64,000 nucleotides of DNA from an uncultured archaeon (GTDB taxonomy: Archaea > Nanobdellota > Nanobdellia > Pacearchaeales > GW2011-AR1): positions 13,239 to 77,238 of the forward strand of contig CAIKWG010000042.1 in assembly GCA_903831045.1 (NCBI GenBank), written 5' to 3'. Positions 41,808-52,623 of the stretch are shown here, in pieces. The stretch's first letter is position 1. Every line of letters starts with the position of its first letter. The translations under genes were made by a program, and so were the position numbers. The notes beneath the pieces were generated by a model that had not been told where the DNA came from, did not search any database, and saw only the letters and a list, made by a program, of their open reading frames with translations.

Positions 41808-42695
41808 ATGAGCTTCAAATCAACAATTCAAAATTTTCATGATAAGCACTATAAGCTTTTGTTATTATTACCATTAATAATTCTACTTTTTTCTGGAATT
41901 TATCTAGCTTCTTTTTATAAAACTCACGGAGATATTTTCAAAAAAGATATTTCTCTAACTGGTGGGACCACAATAACTATTTATGACAATCTAGATTTAG
42001 CAAAATTAAATTTAGATTTGAGTTCTAAACTTACAGATTTGAATATTAGAGATATTTCAGATTTGTCTACAGGAGAACTAAAAGCGGTTATAATTGAAAC
42101 AACAACCGAGGGTCAAGAAGCGAAGAAAGTGGTAGAAGATTATCTTGGTTATTCTCTTATTGAAGGAGAAAATAGTAGTTTTGAATTTACTGGAGCAAGT
42201 CTTAGTCAAAGTTTCTACAAACAACTTTTACTTGCTATGGTAGTTGCTTTTGTTTTTATGGCAATTGTTATTTTTATTATGTTCAAAAACTTTGTTCCTT
42301 CAGCAGCAGTAGTTCTTTCTGCTTTTCTGGATATTCTTATGACCTTAATTGTAATTGATATTGCGGGAATTGAAATGTCAACAGCAGGGATAATCGCTCT
42401 CCTCATGTTAATTGGTTATTCCGTTGATACGGATATTCTATTGACAAACAGAGTTTTGAGAAGAACAGACCACTCTCTTAATCTTAGACTTTTTAATGCA
42501 TTCAAAACAGGATTAACAATGAGTTTAACTTCCTTCTTTGCAATCCTAGTTGCTCTGATTATTGTAGCACCATTCTCTTCAGTATTAACTCAAATTTTTA
42601 CAATTCTGGTTATAGGTCTTCTGTTTGATATTTTTAATACATGGGTAACTAATGTATCTTTACTTAAATGGTATGTTCTGAGGAAGAAAAAATGA
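41808..42695 (+). CDS. secF: protein-export membrane protein SecF
   Basis: 295 aa; N-terminal TM, periplasmic loop, 5 C-terminal TM; GYSVDTDILL motif. Confidence 0.85.
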   Translation: MSFKSTIQNFHDKHYKLLLLLPLIILLFSGIYLASFYKTHGDIFKKDISLTGGTTITIYDNLDLAKLNLDLSSKLTDLNIRDISDLSTGELKAVIIETTTEGQEAKKVVEDYLGYSLIEGENSSFEFTGASLSQSFYKQLLLAMVVAFVFMAIVIFIMFKNFVPSAAVVLSAFLDILMTLIVIDIAGIEMSTAGIIALLMLIGYSVDTDILLTNRVLRRTDHSLNLRLFNAFKTGLTMSLTSFFAILVALIIVAPFSSVLTQIFTILVIGLLFDIFNTWVTNVSLLKWYVLRKKK

Positions 42696-44254
42696 AATTC
42701 AAATTTACTTTTAAAATCTGGTTGTTAATGATATTCATAGCTTTGTCTCTATTGGCAATTTTTTCTCATTCCGGGTTTATTAAACACGGAGTTCTTGTTG
42801 CAAGCATAGATTCATCTTCGGATTTATTTAATCAAGGAATGCGTCAAGGAGATATAATAAAATCAATAGATAATCAACCAGTAACTTCTCTGGAAGATTA
42901 TTCAAAAATAGTTTTAGCAAAATTTGCTAACAACGAAACAGTTAAAACAATAATCATGACTGAAAAAGAGGAGTACATCATTCTAGCAAATAATTCTCTA
43001 GACATAACTGTAAAAGATATTCCTAAAACAAATATCCTTTTAGGATTGGACTTAGCAGGAGGATCAAGAGCGTTAGTAAAAGCTCAAAATCAATCTTTAA
43101 CTTCTGCTCAAATGTCAGACTTGGTAGATATCACTCGTAATAGATTAAACGCTTTTGGATTATCTGATCTGAAAGTTGCTCCTGTTTCTGATCTTTCAGG
43201 AGAAAGATTTATGTTAATTGAAATTGCTGGGGCAACTCCTAAGGATTTAAACAAATTACTTTCAGAACAAGGAAAATTCGAAGCTAAAATTGCTAATCAA
43301 ACTGTTTTTGTTGGAGGAGACAAGGACATTGCTTCTGTTGGAAGAGATGCACAAAATGCACGAATTGAAGGCTGTAATCCTACTTCTGATGGAACCTATG
43401 TTTGTACTTTCCAGTTTACAGTTACGCTAAGTCCAGAAGCAGCAAAGAAGCACGCAGATATTACTGCTAATATGTCAGTAAATTACACTGATCAAGGAAA
43501 TTATCTTTCTGATAGGTTAGATTTATACCTAGATGATAGACTAACAGATAGTCTTCTAATTAGTGAAGGATTGAAGGGCAGAGTAACAACTCAAATTGCC
43601 ATTTCAGGTTCGGGTTCAGGTGCCACTGAAGAAGCTGCCTACGCAGATGCAAAGGTGCAGATGAAACAACTGCAAACAATTCTAATGACAGGTAGTCTTC
43701 CCTACAAATTAGAAATAATAAAATTAGATTCAGTATCTCCAACACTAGGAGAATCTTTTACTAACACTATCATGATTGCAGGTATAGCAGCCATATTAGC
43801 AATATCTGTGATTATTCTTATTAGGTATAGAAATTTTAAAATTTCATTAGCTCTAATTCTATCTACAGTATCAGAAGTAATCATTCTTCTTGGAGCAGCA
43901 GCATTAATCAAATGGAATCTAGATCTTCCAGGAATTGCTGGTATTTTGGCCACAATTGGTACTGGAATCGATGATCTTGTGGTAATTGTAGATGAATCAA
44001 TACATGATACTTCAATTAACATTAAACAAAGAATTAAGAGAGCATTTGCAATTATTATGGGTGCTTACTTTACAGTTCTAGTTTCACTTCTTCCTCTTAT
44101 TTGGAATCCAATCACTGGAGGAGCTGCAGGAGCTGGTCTTCTACAAGGATTTGCAATTACAACAATCCTAGGAATTTCAATTGGAGTTTTCATAACAAGA
44201 CCTGCATTCTCAGATATAATAAAACAGTTCAAGCATAAGGAAGATGTTGCCTAA
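42692..44254 (+). CDS. secD: protein-export membrane protein SecD
   Basis: ATGA overlap with secF stop; large extracytoplasmic domain; TIGTGIDDLVVIVDE. Confidence 0.85.
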   Translation: MKFKFTFKIWLLMIFIALSLLAIFSHSGFIKHGVLVASIDSSSDLFNQGMRQGDIIKSIDNQPVTSLEDYSKIVLAKFANNETVKTIIMTEKEEYIILANNSLDITVKDIPKTNILLGLDLAGGSRALVKAQNQSLTSAQMSDLVDITRNRLNAFGLSDLKVAPVSDLSGERFMLIEIAGATPKDLNKLLSEQGKFEAKIANQTVFVGGDKDIASVGRDAQNARIEGCNPTSDGTYVCTFQFTVTLSPEAAKKHADITANMSVNYTDQGNYLSDRLDLYLDDRLTDSLLISEGLKGRVTTQIAISGSGSGATEEAAYADAKVQMKQLQTILMTGSLPYKLEIIKLDSVSPTLGESFTNTIMIAGIAAILAISVIILIRYRNFKISLALILSTVSEVIILLGAAALIKWNLDLPGIAGILATIGTGIDDLVVIVDESIHDTSINIKQRIKRAFAIIMGAYFTVLVSLLPLIWNPITGGAAGAGLLQGFAITTILGISIGVFITRPAFSDIIKQFKHKEDVA

Positions 44255-44702
44255 AATTCATTTTCTCTATGGTCTGATTGCAGCATTAATACTGTTCCTT
44301 CTTAATTTAGCACATGTCTGGCAAGCTTTGATATTTCTAGCTGCGACAGTTCTAATGGATTTTGATCACTATATCTATTATGTTCGTAGAAAGAACAAAT
44401 ATAGCCTTAGAGCAGCCTATCACTGGTTCAAGCTGAAAGAAAATTTCTGGAAAATGATTCCTCCCCATGATAGAAAGAAATATTATACTGGGTTTTATAT
44501 TTTTCATGGATTAGAATGGGTAGCTTTATTTTTCTTATTAGGATACCTATGGGCGAGTTTCTTCTACTTTATAGCTCTAGGAATGTTATTCCATTTATTC
44601 CTTGATTGGTTAACCCAAGAAATATCTCTCTATCCCTATCGATTTAAATTTTCAGTTATCTATGATTATTTAAAGTTCAAAAAATTGAGATTAATAGAAT
44701 GA
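44244..44702 (+). CDS. membrane protein (possibly DUF457/YdjM-like hydrolase)
   Basis: 4 TM; MDFDHYIYY and FHLFLDW His/Asp motifs; function tentative. Confidence 0.5.
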   Translation: MLPKIHFLYGLIAALILFLLNLAHVWQALIFLAATVLMDFDHYIYYVRRKNKYSLRAAYHWFKLKENFWKMIPPHDRKKYYTGFYIFHGLEWVALFFLLGYLWASFFYFIALGMLFHLFLDWLTQEISLYPYRFKFSVIYDYLKFKKLRLIE

Positions 44703-46078
44703 TTGATGAGCTTAGACAGGGTGAATCTGAATTAAGAGGAATTTTCTCTAGATTTAGAAGAAGAGATTTTTCTGGAAATGAAGGCCAAGCAATAAAAAAT
44801 TCTACATTTCAATTAGCTACTACAATTGTTGCAAAAATTGGTTCTTTAATTTTTACTATTCTAGTTGCAAGAATGCTAATGCCAGAATTGTTTGGGCTCT
44901 ATAGTCTAGCATTGGGAACTATCATCTTCTTTTCAACTTTTGCAGATTTAGGTGTTGGTTCTGCATTGATTACATTTGTATCCAGAAATATTTCCGAGAA
45001 AAAACTAGGTAAAGCAAAATATTATTTCAAGGTATTGCTCAAATACAAAGTAGTATTAATTTTTATTCCAGCAATAGTGCTTTTAGTTTTATCTCGTTTT
45101 ATTGCTAGTACATATTATAACAAACCAATCTTCTTTGCCCTAGTGGTTGGAGCAATTTATATTCCCCTAAATGGAATGATTAATTTTTTAAATTCAGCAT
45201 TAAACTCTTTAAACAATTTTAAGGCCCCTTTGATAAGAGAGATTATTTTCCAAATATTAAGAATATCTCTAATTCCTCTAATGATTTATTTATTTCTAAA
45301 AACAACTTCTCCATCGGTTTTAGTTGCAATTTTAATTTTAACGCTTTCCTTTTGTTATTGTATAGCCTTAATCTATTTGGCTTTTATCACAAGGAGAAAA
45401 TTTGCTTTTTTCAAAAAAGAAATGCCTGAAAAAATTTCTCCAGAAGAAAGAAAAAAATTAATTCAATTTTTAATTCCTCTATCAATAACTGCTCTATCTG
45501 GTATGTTCTTCGGATTTATTGATACTCTAATGTTGGGTCATTATGTTGACGCTACTAACATTGGATATTATAGTTCTGCCTTTGGTCTAATTGGTGCAGC
45601 AGGAGCATTGTTAACCTTTATGGGTTCTGCATTACTTCCAATTTTTTCTAGACTTAAATCTGCTTCTCTGGAAAAAGTTTTTAGAAAATCTGTAATTATC
45701 ACAACTCTTATCTGTATACCTGCGGCAATATTCACATTTTTTGCAGCAAAGTATATCCTCCTAATTTATGGAGCAGCTTATCTTCCTGCAGTTCCATTAT
45801 TAAAATTATTTTCGATATTTTTATTAGTTATTCCATTAATAGCTCTATATGAGGCATATTTTATCTCTACTGAAAATACAAAGAATATTGCAATTTTATT
45901 GGTTTGCAGTACTGTTCTAAATATTATTCTTAATTATTTTTTTATTAATTATGGTTTAAAGTTTGGAATGTTTGAAGCATTGATTGGAGCAGGAGTGGCT
46001 ACAATTCTAAGCCGTGCTATTTATCTTCTTAGCTTAACCATATCGAAAAAGATTCTTCTAAAGAACAATAATCTTTAA
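44699..46078 (+). CDS. polysaccharide biosynthesis protein / MOP-family flippase (Wzx-like)
   Basis: 459 aa with about 12-14 TM; typical N-terminus ...AIKNSTFQLATTIVAKIGSLIFTILVAR. Confidence 0.75.
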   Translation: MIDELRQGESELRGIFSRFRRRDFSGNEGQAIKNSTFQLATTIVAKIGSLIFTILVARMLMPELFGLYSLALGTIIFFSTFADLGVGSALITFVSRNISEKKLGKAKYYFKVLLKYKVVLIFIPAIVLLVLSRFIASTYYNKPIFFALVVGAIYIPLNGMINFLNSALNSLNNFKAPLIREIIFQILRISLIPLMIYLFLKTTSPSVLVAILILTLSFCYCIALIYLAFITRRKFAFFKKEMPEKISPEERKKLIQFLIPLSITALSGMFFGFIDTLMLGHYVDATNIGYYSSAFGLIGAAGALLTFMGSALLPIFSRLKSASLEKVFRKSVIITTLICIPAAIFTFFAAKYILLIYGAAYLPAVPLLKLFSIFLLVIPLIALYEAYFISTENTKNIAILLVCSTVLNIILNYFFINYGLKFGMFEALIGAGVATILSRAIYLLSLTISKKILLKNNNL

Positions 46079-46081
46079 AAA
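46074..46081 (+). promoter_or_regulatory. archaeal TATA box, leaderless spacing
   Basis: TTTAAAAA, 21 nt before ATG 46103. Confidence 0.5.
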
Positions 46082-46102
46082 CAACCCGCATGTTAGCAAA
46101 AC

Positions 46103-47086
46103 ATGGAAAAGAAAAATGCTCTAGTTTGTGGTGCTGGGGGTTTTATTGGAAGCCATCTTGTTAAGAGATTAAAAGACGAAGGATATTGGGTTAGAGGAGT
46201 TGATTTAAAATATCCAGAATTTTCTAAATCCGCTGCAGATGATTTTGTTCAAGGAGATTTAAGAGATTATTCAACATGTAGAACAGCTCTTGTTAAAAGT
46301 AATATAAATATTAAAGAATTTGATGAAGTGTACCAACTTGCTGCAGATATGGGTGGAGCTGGATACATTTTTACTGGAGTACATGATCTAGATGTTATGC
46401 ATAATTCTGCTCAAATAAACCTTAATTTTTCTAAATTGCATCCTCGTTTTAAGAAACTATTTTTCTCTTCTTCAGCTTGTGTCTATCCTCAGGATATCCA
46501 GAAAGACGTTAATAATCCTGGGTTAAGAGAAGAATATGCCTATCCTGCTAATCCAGATAGCGAATATGGATGGGAAAAATTATTCAGTGAGAGATTATAC
46601 TTAACAATGCAAAGAAACACAGGAGTGCCAGTTAGAATATCTAGATTTCACAATATTTTTGGTCCAGAAGGGACTTGGAACAATGGAAAAGAAAAAGCTC
46701 CAGCTGCAATGTCTAGAAAAGTTGCAGAAGCTTCTAATCCTGGAGAAATAGAAATTTGGGGAGATGGAGACCAGACACGTTCTTTTTTGTATATCGATGA
46801 ATGTTTGGAAGGAATTAGAAGATTAGTCAACTCAGATTATACAGGTCCATTAAACATTGGCTCTGAAGAAATGATTTCAATCAATAATCTTGCATTAATG
46901 GCTGCAGACATTGCAGGTAAATATATTTCTCTAAAGCATATTCCTGGTCCATTAGGGGTGAGAGGAAGAAATTCAGAAAATACCCTAATTAAAAAAGTTT
47001 TAGACTGGGCTCCAGATTATCCTCTTAGAAAAGGAATGGAAAAAACATATTCTTGGATTGCAGAGCAAGTTGAGAAGTCTAAATAG
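46103..47086 (+). CDS. GDP-mannose 3,5-epimerase-like NAD-dependent epimerase
   Basis: GAGGFIGSH; YGWEKLFSE...ISRFHNIFGPEGTWNNGKEKAPAAMSRK closely mirrors the GME signature. Confidence 0.7.
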   Translation: MEKKNALVCGAGGFIGSHLVKRLKDEGYWVRGVDLKYPEFSKSAADDFVQGDLRDYSTCRTALVKSNINIKEFDEVYQLAADMGGAGYIFTGVHDLDVMHNSAQINLNFSKLHPRFKKLFFSSSACVYPQDIQKDVNNPGLREEYAYPANPDSEYGWEKLFSERLYLTMQRNTGVPVRISRFHNIFGPEGTWNNGKEKAPAAMSRKVAEASNPGEIEIWGDGDQTRSFLYIDECLEGIRRLVNSDYTGPLNIGSEEMISINNLALMAADIAGKYISLKHIPGPLGVRGRNSENTLIKKVLDWAPDYPLRKGMEKTYSWIAEQVEKSK

Positions 47087-47095
47087 GTTTATTTT

Positions 47096-47986
47096 TTATC
47101 TTTGTTCTTTGCTTATTTCTTTTAACACTTCAATAATGCCCTTACCTAAATCCATATAAATATTGTCTGTTATTTTTCGTGGAATTTCTTCTTGGTAAGA
47201 ATAGGGAGTTATTCTATAATGAGAATTTTTCTTTCCTTTTGAAACTTTAACATTATAATTTATTTTAATTCCACCCAAAATATCATTTATCATGTAAAAT
47301 AAATCTTTGACTTTAATTGGATGATGTCCAGTGATAATTATTGTTTTATTCTTATGCTCTTTTTCTAAGGCTTTTAGGGTTAATTTTGCAGCATCAATGG
47401 CATGGATATATTCTCTTGTTTCGGAACCATCTCCTGGGTAATCTATTTTTCTATTTGTCAGTGCTTGTTGTAAATATCTATAAAGGCTATTCGTCCTTGG
47501 AGCTCCGTATCCATAGACTGTTCCATATTGCAAAATAGTATAATCCAATCCAAAGTATTTTTGATAATCTTTGATTAAGGATTCGCAAGACTTCTTTGTT
47601 GAAGCATAAATTCCCCCAGCATCTCCCTGAGCATACAGACTACTTGCAAAAACAAATCTTTTAACTTTGTTTTTTGTACAGGACTCCAAGATTATAGTAT
47701 TACCCAGAATATTTGTTTTTACTGCCTCGAGTGGTTTTTCAATGCATTCTTCTAAATCTGCAATTCCAGCAAAATTGAAGACAATTTTTGCACCCTTTAT
47801 AGTATTTTCTATTTTCTTTCTATCCAATATTTCTCCCTGAATGAAAGTTATATCTTTTTCAAATTTATCTTTTGGTGCAACAAGGTCATAAACCCATACT
47901 TCAAAATTATTCATTAACAATTGTGCAACAATATGCTTTCCTAAAAATCCCGATCCACCAAAAACAACAACTTTTTCATTTTTCAT
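47096..47986 (-). CDS. NAD-dependent epimerase/dehydratase (extended SDR)
   Basis: GGSGFLGKH Rossmann motif; YASTK catalytic motif. Confidence 0.75.
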   Translation of the reverse strand: MKNEKVVVFGGSGFLGKHIVAQLLMNNFEVWVYDLVAPKDKFEKDITFIQGEILDRKKIENTIKGAKIVFNFAGIADLEECIEKPLEAVKTNILGNTIILESCTKNKVKRFVFASSLYAQGDAGGIYASTKKSCESLIKDYQKYFGLDYTILQYGTVYGYGAPRTNSLYRYLQQALTNRKIDYPGDGSETREYIHAIDAAKLTLKALEKEHKNKTIIITGHHPIKVKDLFYMINDILGGIKINYNVKVSKGKKNSHYRITPYSYQEEIPRKITDNIYMDLGKGIIEVLKEISKEQR

Positions 47987-48920
47987 TTTTCATTTTTTCA
48001 ATAAATGCCGTAGCATTTAATACTGCTCCTAGCTCCATGTCTAATCTACTCTTTTCTGTACAACTTCCAGCATGAGGACTTAGATGGCAATTTTCAAGAT
48101 TGATTAATTTACCATGATAAGGTTCATCAAGAAAAGTGTCTACTGCTGCCGAAGCAAGAGGATTTGACATTAGCCAGTTAACCAAATCTTCTTCGTCGAT
48201 GATTCCTCCTCTAGAAGTATTAATTAAGGCAGCTTCATTCTTCATGTAATCAAATTCCCTTTTTGTAATAAGATTTTTACTTTTTTCATCAAGGGGAATA
48301 TGAATTGTTATAATGTCAGATTCTCTGAGAATTGTTTCTAGACTAGCAATTTGAGAATCATCTAATTCTTTTAATTGATTTTTATCAATATCGTTGACAT
48401 AAATAGCTTTCGGAGTGAAACCGGATAATTTTTTATAAACTAGCTTCCCTATTCTTCCATAGCCAATAATTCCAACTGTTGATTCAGACAAATCTTTTCC
48501 AATGTGTCTTTCCCAGATACCCTGCCTTATCTTTTGATCCATATAAGGAATCTTTCTTAGCATATTTAACATATGTCCCAGGGTTAATTCTGCAACTGCA
48601 TTTGAGGGGGCATCTGGAGTATTTAGAACAGTTATTCCCTTCCTTGCACATTCCTCAAAGTCTATTCCATCAACTCCTATTCCTACTCGAGAAATGCATT
48701 GTAAACTTGGGCAATAGCTCAATGTTTCAAGATCATATTTTTCCGTTCCTGCTAGAATTATCTCTGGGTTAAACTCTTTTAATTCTTTAATCAATTCATC
48801 TTTCTTGTATTTTCTTCCAATAGTATTATACCTTACTTCATATCCTTGATTTTGAAGAGTTTGCCTTGGGAGGTTTTCTTTTTCTCCAAAAGGATGGGTG
48901 GTAACTAATATTCTAGTCAT
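47976..48920 (-). CDS. D-isomer-specific 2-hydroxyacid dehydrogenase family protein
   Basis: GIIGYGRIGK, INTSRGGIIDEEDL, SPHAGS. Confidence 0.75.
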   Translation of the reverse strand: MTRILVTTHPFGEKENLPRQTLQNQGYEVRYNTIGRKYKKDELIKELKEFNPEIILAGTEKYDLETLSYCPSLQCISRVGIGVDGIDFEECARKGITVLNTPDAPSNAVAELTLGHMLNMLRKIPYMDQKIRQGIWERHIGKDLSESTVGIIGYGRIGKLVYKKLSGFTPKAIYVNDIDKNQLKELDDSQIASLETILRESDIITIHIPLDEKSKNLITKREFDYMKNEAALINTSRGGIIDEEDLVNWLMSNPLASAAVDTFLDEPYHGKLINLENCHLSPHAGSCTEKSRLDMELGAVLNATAFIEKMKNEK

Positions 48921-48987
48921 TAATTAGGGATTTATTCGTATTTTTTAAAGATTTGTATGCTCCAGAAATTGTTCCTAATCTAAGATT

Positions 48988-49692
48988 TTAGAGAGAGATT
49001 CCATAATTTTTTCCAGTTATGTCTTTCATTTTTTGGATGTTTTCCAAGAACAGTTCTGCCAAGGCAAAATCCAATGGTTCGTCAATATCCCATCCTTCAA
49101 CTTGATCCACTTCAAGCATATACGGATTATTTCCCACTCTTCTTCTATATTCTTTTAATGATTTATTTGTTATTGCGTAAAGGCCAGTTGTTTCAATCAT
49201 TAATGGAACAGCATCCTGAGATCTTGGAAGATTGCCGGGAAAATAGGTTATTGGTTTATTGTTAAACCAAGCCCAATCATGTTTCTTATTGACAGTAAAA
49301 ACGGAATCATGTTGAGTTTCTTCGAGAACAGTTATAGCTTTATTTATTGTCTCTGGGCTAAGAAAGGGAGCAGTTGCAAATAATTGAAAGTACATATCTG
49401 CATTCACTAAGTCTGCAGGGATGGTAATCATTCTATCCCCAGTAGTTGTTTTGTAAAAATATTCCTCAGGAACAGTTAATATTTCTGCTCCTAAATCTTG
49501 AACCTTTTTTTGTGCATCTAGACTGTTTGTTATTACATACACCTTATTTAGATTACTTTTGATGGCTTTTTCAATTATGTGCTGATAAAGGGGTTTATTT
49601 CCAAAGATTCTAAAATTCTTTCCAGGCACTCTTTCACTTATTTCTTTAAACGGAATAAATGCCACTGAATGCAATTTTTCTTCTATTGACAT
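48988..49692 (-). CDS. acylneuraminate (CMP-sugar) cytidylyltransferase family protein
   Basis: AFIPFKEISERVPGKNF..GNKPLYQHIIEKA; GT-A-like CTP-transferase layout. Confidence 0.65.
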   Translation of the reverse strand: MSIEEKLHSVAFIPFKEISERVPGKNFRIFGNKPLYQHIIEKAIKSNLNKVYVITNSLDAQKKVQDLGAEILTVPEEYFYKTTTGDRMITIPADLVNADMYFQLFATAPFLSPETINKAITVLEETQHDSVFTVNKKHDWAWFNNKPITYFPGNLPRSQDAVPLMIETTGLYAITNKSLKEYRRRVGNNPYMLEVDQVEGWDIDEPLDFALAELFLENIQKMKDITGKNYGISL

Positions 49693-49714
49693 AAAATAGT
49701 TTTATCTCTAAGGC

Positions 49715-49722
49715 TTTTAAAT
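49715..49722 (-). promoter_or_regulatory. archaeal TATA box, leaderless spacing
   Basis: ATTTAAAA on the minus strand, 22 nt before ATG 49692. Confidence 0.5.
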
Positions 49723-49737
49723 ATTACTATACTCCAG

Positions 49738-51078
49738 TTATTTTATCTTGCTCATTATTATCTCTTTGTAATACTGGGAGGTAGGTTTACCAGAAAGATA
49801 AAAATTGTTCTTGAATTCATTTTGATAAAACATTTTCCATTTTTGAAAAGTTTGTTGGTTTCGTAAATTAGTAAATGCTTCTTCAAGATTCTCTTCATTT
49901 TTGAACGTATCTTCATTATCCCATAAGCTTATGAGATTCTTATCTTCAAATCTAAGAATTGGATTGCCATATCTTAAGGCTTCCATTGCAATAGTTGTAT
50001 TGTGTAAAATTATAAAATCACTTTCTTCAATTCTTTTCTGAATTGGAATATCTGAACTTACAAAATGTATGTTTTTCGCATCCATTAATTTTTTATAATT
50101 TTCCAAATTATCAAACGGATGAACTGAAGGCTCGAAGATAATATCCAAATGTTTTTTTGCAAACTGATTAATTATTTTAGCCATATTCTCATTTGTAGAG
50201 GCATCATCAGTTGGAACTGGAAAGAATATCACGCATTTTTTTGGATTAAAACTGTCTTTTTTATTTTCAAATATCTCAGAATATTTAGGGTTACCAACTA
50301 TTATAAATTGAGATGAAGGAGCATATGTTTTCAATGTCTTGTAAGTTGTATTGCCCCATATAAGGTTATAATCTGAAATTAAGTTTTCTTTTAGCAATTC
50401 CATTGGTTGAAAATTGGGATAATCAACAATTAATCCGTGTTGAAGAGTAAATGAAGGGATGTTTCTTTTTTTAGCCAAAAGAGTTAAGATTGCATCTCCT
50501 TCAGAAGCTTGAGAGCAAAATGCAATATATGCTCTAGGATTAAATTTATTTAGAATATTCTCAAACTGGCGTATTTCTTGATGTCTCAAATAGGTTCTTG
50601 CAATAAAGAAGTGATAATTTTTATTCAAAATTTTTTTTAGTTTATTTTTTTTGAATAATCTCATTAGCTTAATAATCAAAAAAATATTTGGAAAGTTTAA
50701 AGAATATTTTAATATAGATTTTTTATTTTTGTATTCAAAACAATCGATTAATATTAATTCTTTTTTAGAAAATGCTTCTATAGATTTATTAAATAGTTCT
50801 AGATGATCCTTACGGTTCCAAAAGTATGAGGCCAAAATGCCTTTTTCTTTTCCTAAAATTGGAAAGTTATCTTTGATAAAAAAAGATTTTATAATAAAAC
50901 TAAATCTTTCTTTTTTTGTTCTATGCTCTTGATTTCTATAATAGGTGTAAACGTCATTTGCCATAATCGGCCATAGATTCAACCCATGATAATTCATATT
51001 TAGATAAAAATCTTTCATTGTTTTAATATAAGGGATTCTTTCATTCCAAAGTTTTTCCATCAATTTATCTAGTTTCAT
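49738..51078 (-). CDS. hypothetical glycan-biosynthesis protein (capsule-synthesis/KpsS-like, tentative)
   Basis: 446 aa; context next to the CMP-sugar synthetase; ...AILTLLAKKRNIPSFTLQHG... motif. Confidence 0.45.
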   Translation of the reverse strand: MKLDKLMEKLWNERIPYIKTMKDFYLNMNYHGLNLWPIMANDVYTYYRNQEHRTKKERFSFIIKSFFIKDNFPILGKEKGILASYFWNRKDHLELFNKSIEAFSKKELILIDCFEYKNKKSILKYSLNFPNIFLIIKLMRLFKKNKLKKILNKNYHFFIARTYLRHQEIRQFENILNKFNPRAYIAFCSQASEGDAILTLLAKKRNIPSFTLQHGLIVDYPNFQPMELLKENLISDYNLIWGNTTYKTLKTYAPSSQFIIVGNPKYSEIFENKKDSFNPKKCVIFFPVPTDDASTNENMAKIINQFAKKHLDIIFEPSVHPFDNLENYKKLMDAKNIHFVSSDIPIQKRIEESDFIILHNTTIAMEALRYGNPILRFEDKNLISLWDNEDTFKNEENLEEAFTNLRNQQTFQKWKMFYQNEFKNNFYLSGKPTSQYYKEIIMSKIK

Positions 51079-51132
51079 TGCTTTAAATTGTTTATTCCTG
51101 TGGAAAGAAAGTGTGATTTAAGAATAATAATC

Positions 51133-51140
51133 CTTAAAAG
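51133..51140 (+). promoter_or_regulatory. archaeal TATA-like box, leaderless spacing
   Basis: CTTAAAAG, 21 nt before ATG 51162. Confidence 0.4.
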
Positions 51141-51161
51141 CATTAAATTAATCCTATTTTC

Positions 51162-51659
51162 ATGAAATTAAACTTTGGTTGTGGTAGAGATGTTAAAAGT
51201 GGGTTTTATAATGTGGACATTCAAAAGGGTCCAGGCATTGACAAATCCTTTGACTTTGAAAAAACTCCCTATCCTCTAAAAGATAATCTTTTTGAGTATA
51301 TTCTGATAAATCAGGTTATAGAGCACATAGGCAATCTTCCTGCAGTTTTTGATGAATTGTATAGAATATCTAAGAATAAAGCAATAATAGATATTAGGAC
51401 TCCCTATGTTGGGAGTAAGTCTGCCTACTATGACCTAGGGCATAAATCTTTTTTTAATGATAGGTCTTTTACATCTATTTGTGGTACAGATTTCTATAAT
51501 ATAAAGAATAATAACAAGGAAAGATTTAGAATTAAAGAAATGGAGCTTGTTCCGCAAAGATATCTTAAATGGCTGGATAAAAGGATTTTGAAGCTTTTGG
51601 CAGTTTTTCTAAATAATATCAATGTTCAAATTAATGTTAAAATAGAAGTAGTCAAATAA
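51162..51659 (+). CDS. SAM-dependent methyltransferase (type 11-like)
   Basis: LNFGCG...; INQVIEHI... Confidence 0.6.
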   Translation: MKLNFGCGRDVKSGFYNVDIQKGPGIDKSFDFEKTPYPLKDNLFEYILINQVIEHIGNLPAVFDELYRISKNKAIIDIRTPYVGSKSAYYDLGHKSFFNDRSFTSICGTDFYNIKNNNKERFRIKEMELVPQRYLKWLDKRILKLLAVFLNNINVQINVKIEVVK

Positions 51660-51665
51660 ATACTT

Positions 51666-51673
51666 TTTAAAAT
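51666..51673 (+). promoter_or_regulatory. archaeal TATA box, leaderless spacing
   Basis: TTTAAAAT, 20 nt before ATG 51694. Confidence 0.5.
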
Positions 51674-51693
51674 AGAGTTTTCTTTTATTTATA

Positions 51694-52623
51694 ATGGTAG
51701 TGTCCAAACAGTTTCAAACACCAGTTTTGTTTATAGTCTTCAATAAGCCAGAATCAACTAAGCTAGTTTTTGAAGAAATAAAAAAAGCAAAGCCAAAACA
51801 TCTATATATTGCAGCAGATGCTCCGAGAAAAAATAATGAAAAAGACAAATTTGCTTGTACGGAAGTTCAAAAAATTATAAAAAATGTAGACTGGCCATGT
51901 AATGTCAAATATCTTCTTCGTAAAGAAAATTTAGGATGTAAAATAGCGGAAAGTTCTGCAATGGACTGGTTTTTTGAAAATGTTGAAGAAGGGATTATTC
52001 TAGAAGATGACTGTCTCCCAGATCAAAGCTTTTTTAAATTTTGTTCAGAATTATTAGAGAAGTATAGATATGATGAAAGAATAATGCATATTTCTGGGAA
52101 TAATTTTCAAAGGGGATTTAAGAGAGATAGCTATTCTTATTATTTTTCTAAATATTGCTACATCTGGGGGTGGGCAACTTGGAGGAGAGCTTGGGAGAAA
52201 TATGATGTGAATATAAAAATTTATCCAGAGCTAAAAAAATTGGGTTATTTAAAAAATCTATATCCAAATATAATCGAAAGATTAAATCACAAATCTTCTT
52301 TAGATTTGTGTTATTATAAAAATTTTAATACTTGGGATTTTCAATGGAATTTTTCTGTTTTAGCAAATAATGGTCTCTCTATAGTTCCAAATAAAAATCT
52401 TGTTCAGAATATAGGGATGATTTCTGGAGCAACTCATATGACCTCATTTGACAAAGAACGTTCGTTAAAGGCAGAAACAATGGGCTTTCCACTGGTTCAT
52501 CCAAACTTTATGGTTCAGAATGAAAAATTAGATAAAAGATATTTTAGATGGACTCTTTTTAAAAAAGTAAGAAATTTTTTATTAAGAAAAACTGGTTTAA
52601 TAAAAATCTTTAGGATTAAGTGA
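51694..52623 (+). CDS. GT-A fold nucleotide-sugar glycosyltransferase-like protein
   Basis: VLFIVFNKPE...; LEDDCLP acidic motif. Confidence 0.55.
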   Translation: MVVSKQFQTPVLFIVFNKPESTKLVFEEIKKAKPKHLYIAADAPRKNNEKDKFACTEVQKIIKNVDWPCNVKYLLRKENLGCKIAESSAMDWFFENVEEGIILEDDCLPDQSFFKFCSELLEKYRYDERIMHISGNNFQRGFKRDSYSYYFSKYCYIWGWATWRRAWEKYDVNIKIYPELKKLGYLKNLYPNIIERLNHKSSLDLCYYKNFNTWDFQWNFSVLANNGLSIVPNKNLVQNIGMISGATHMTSFDKERSLKAETMGFPLVHPNFMVQNEKLDKRYFRWTLFKKVRNFLLRKTGLIKIFRIK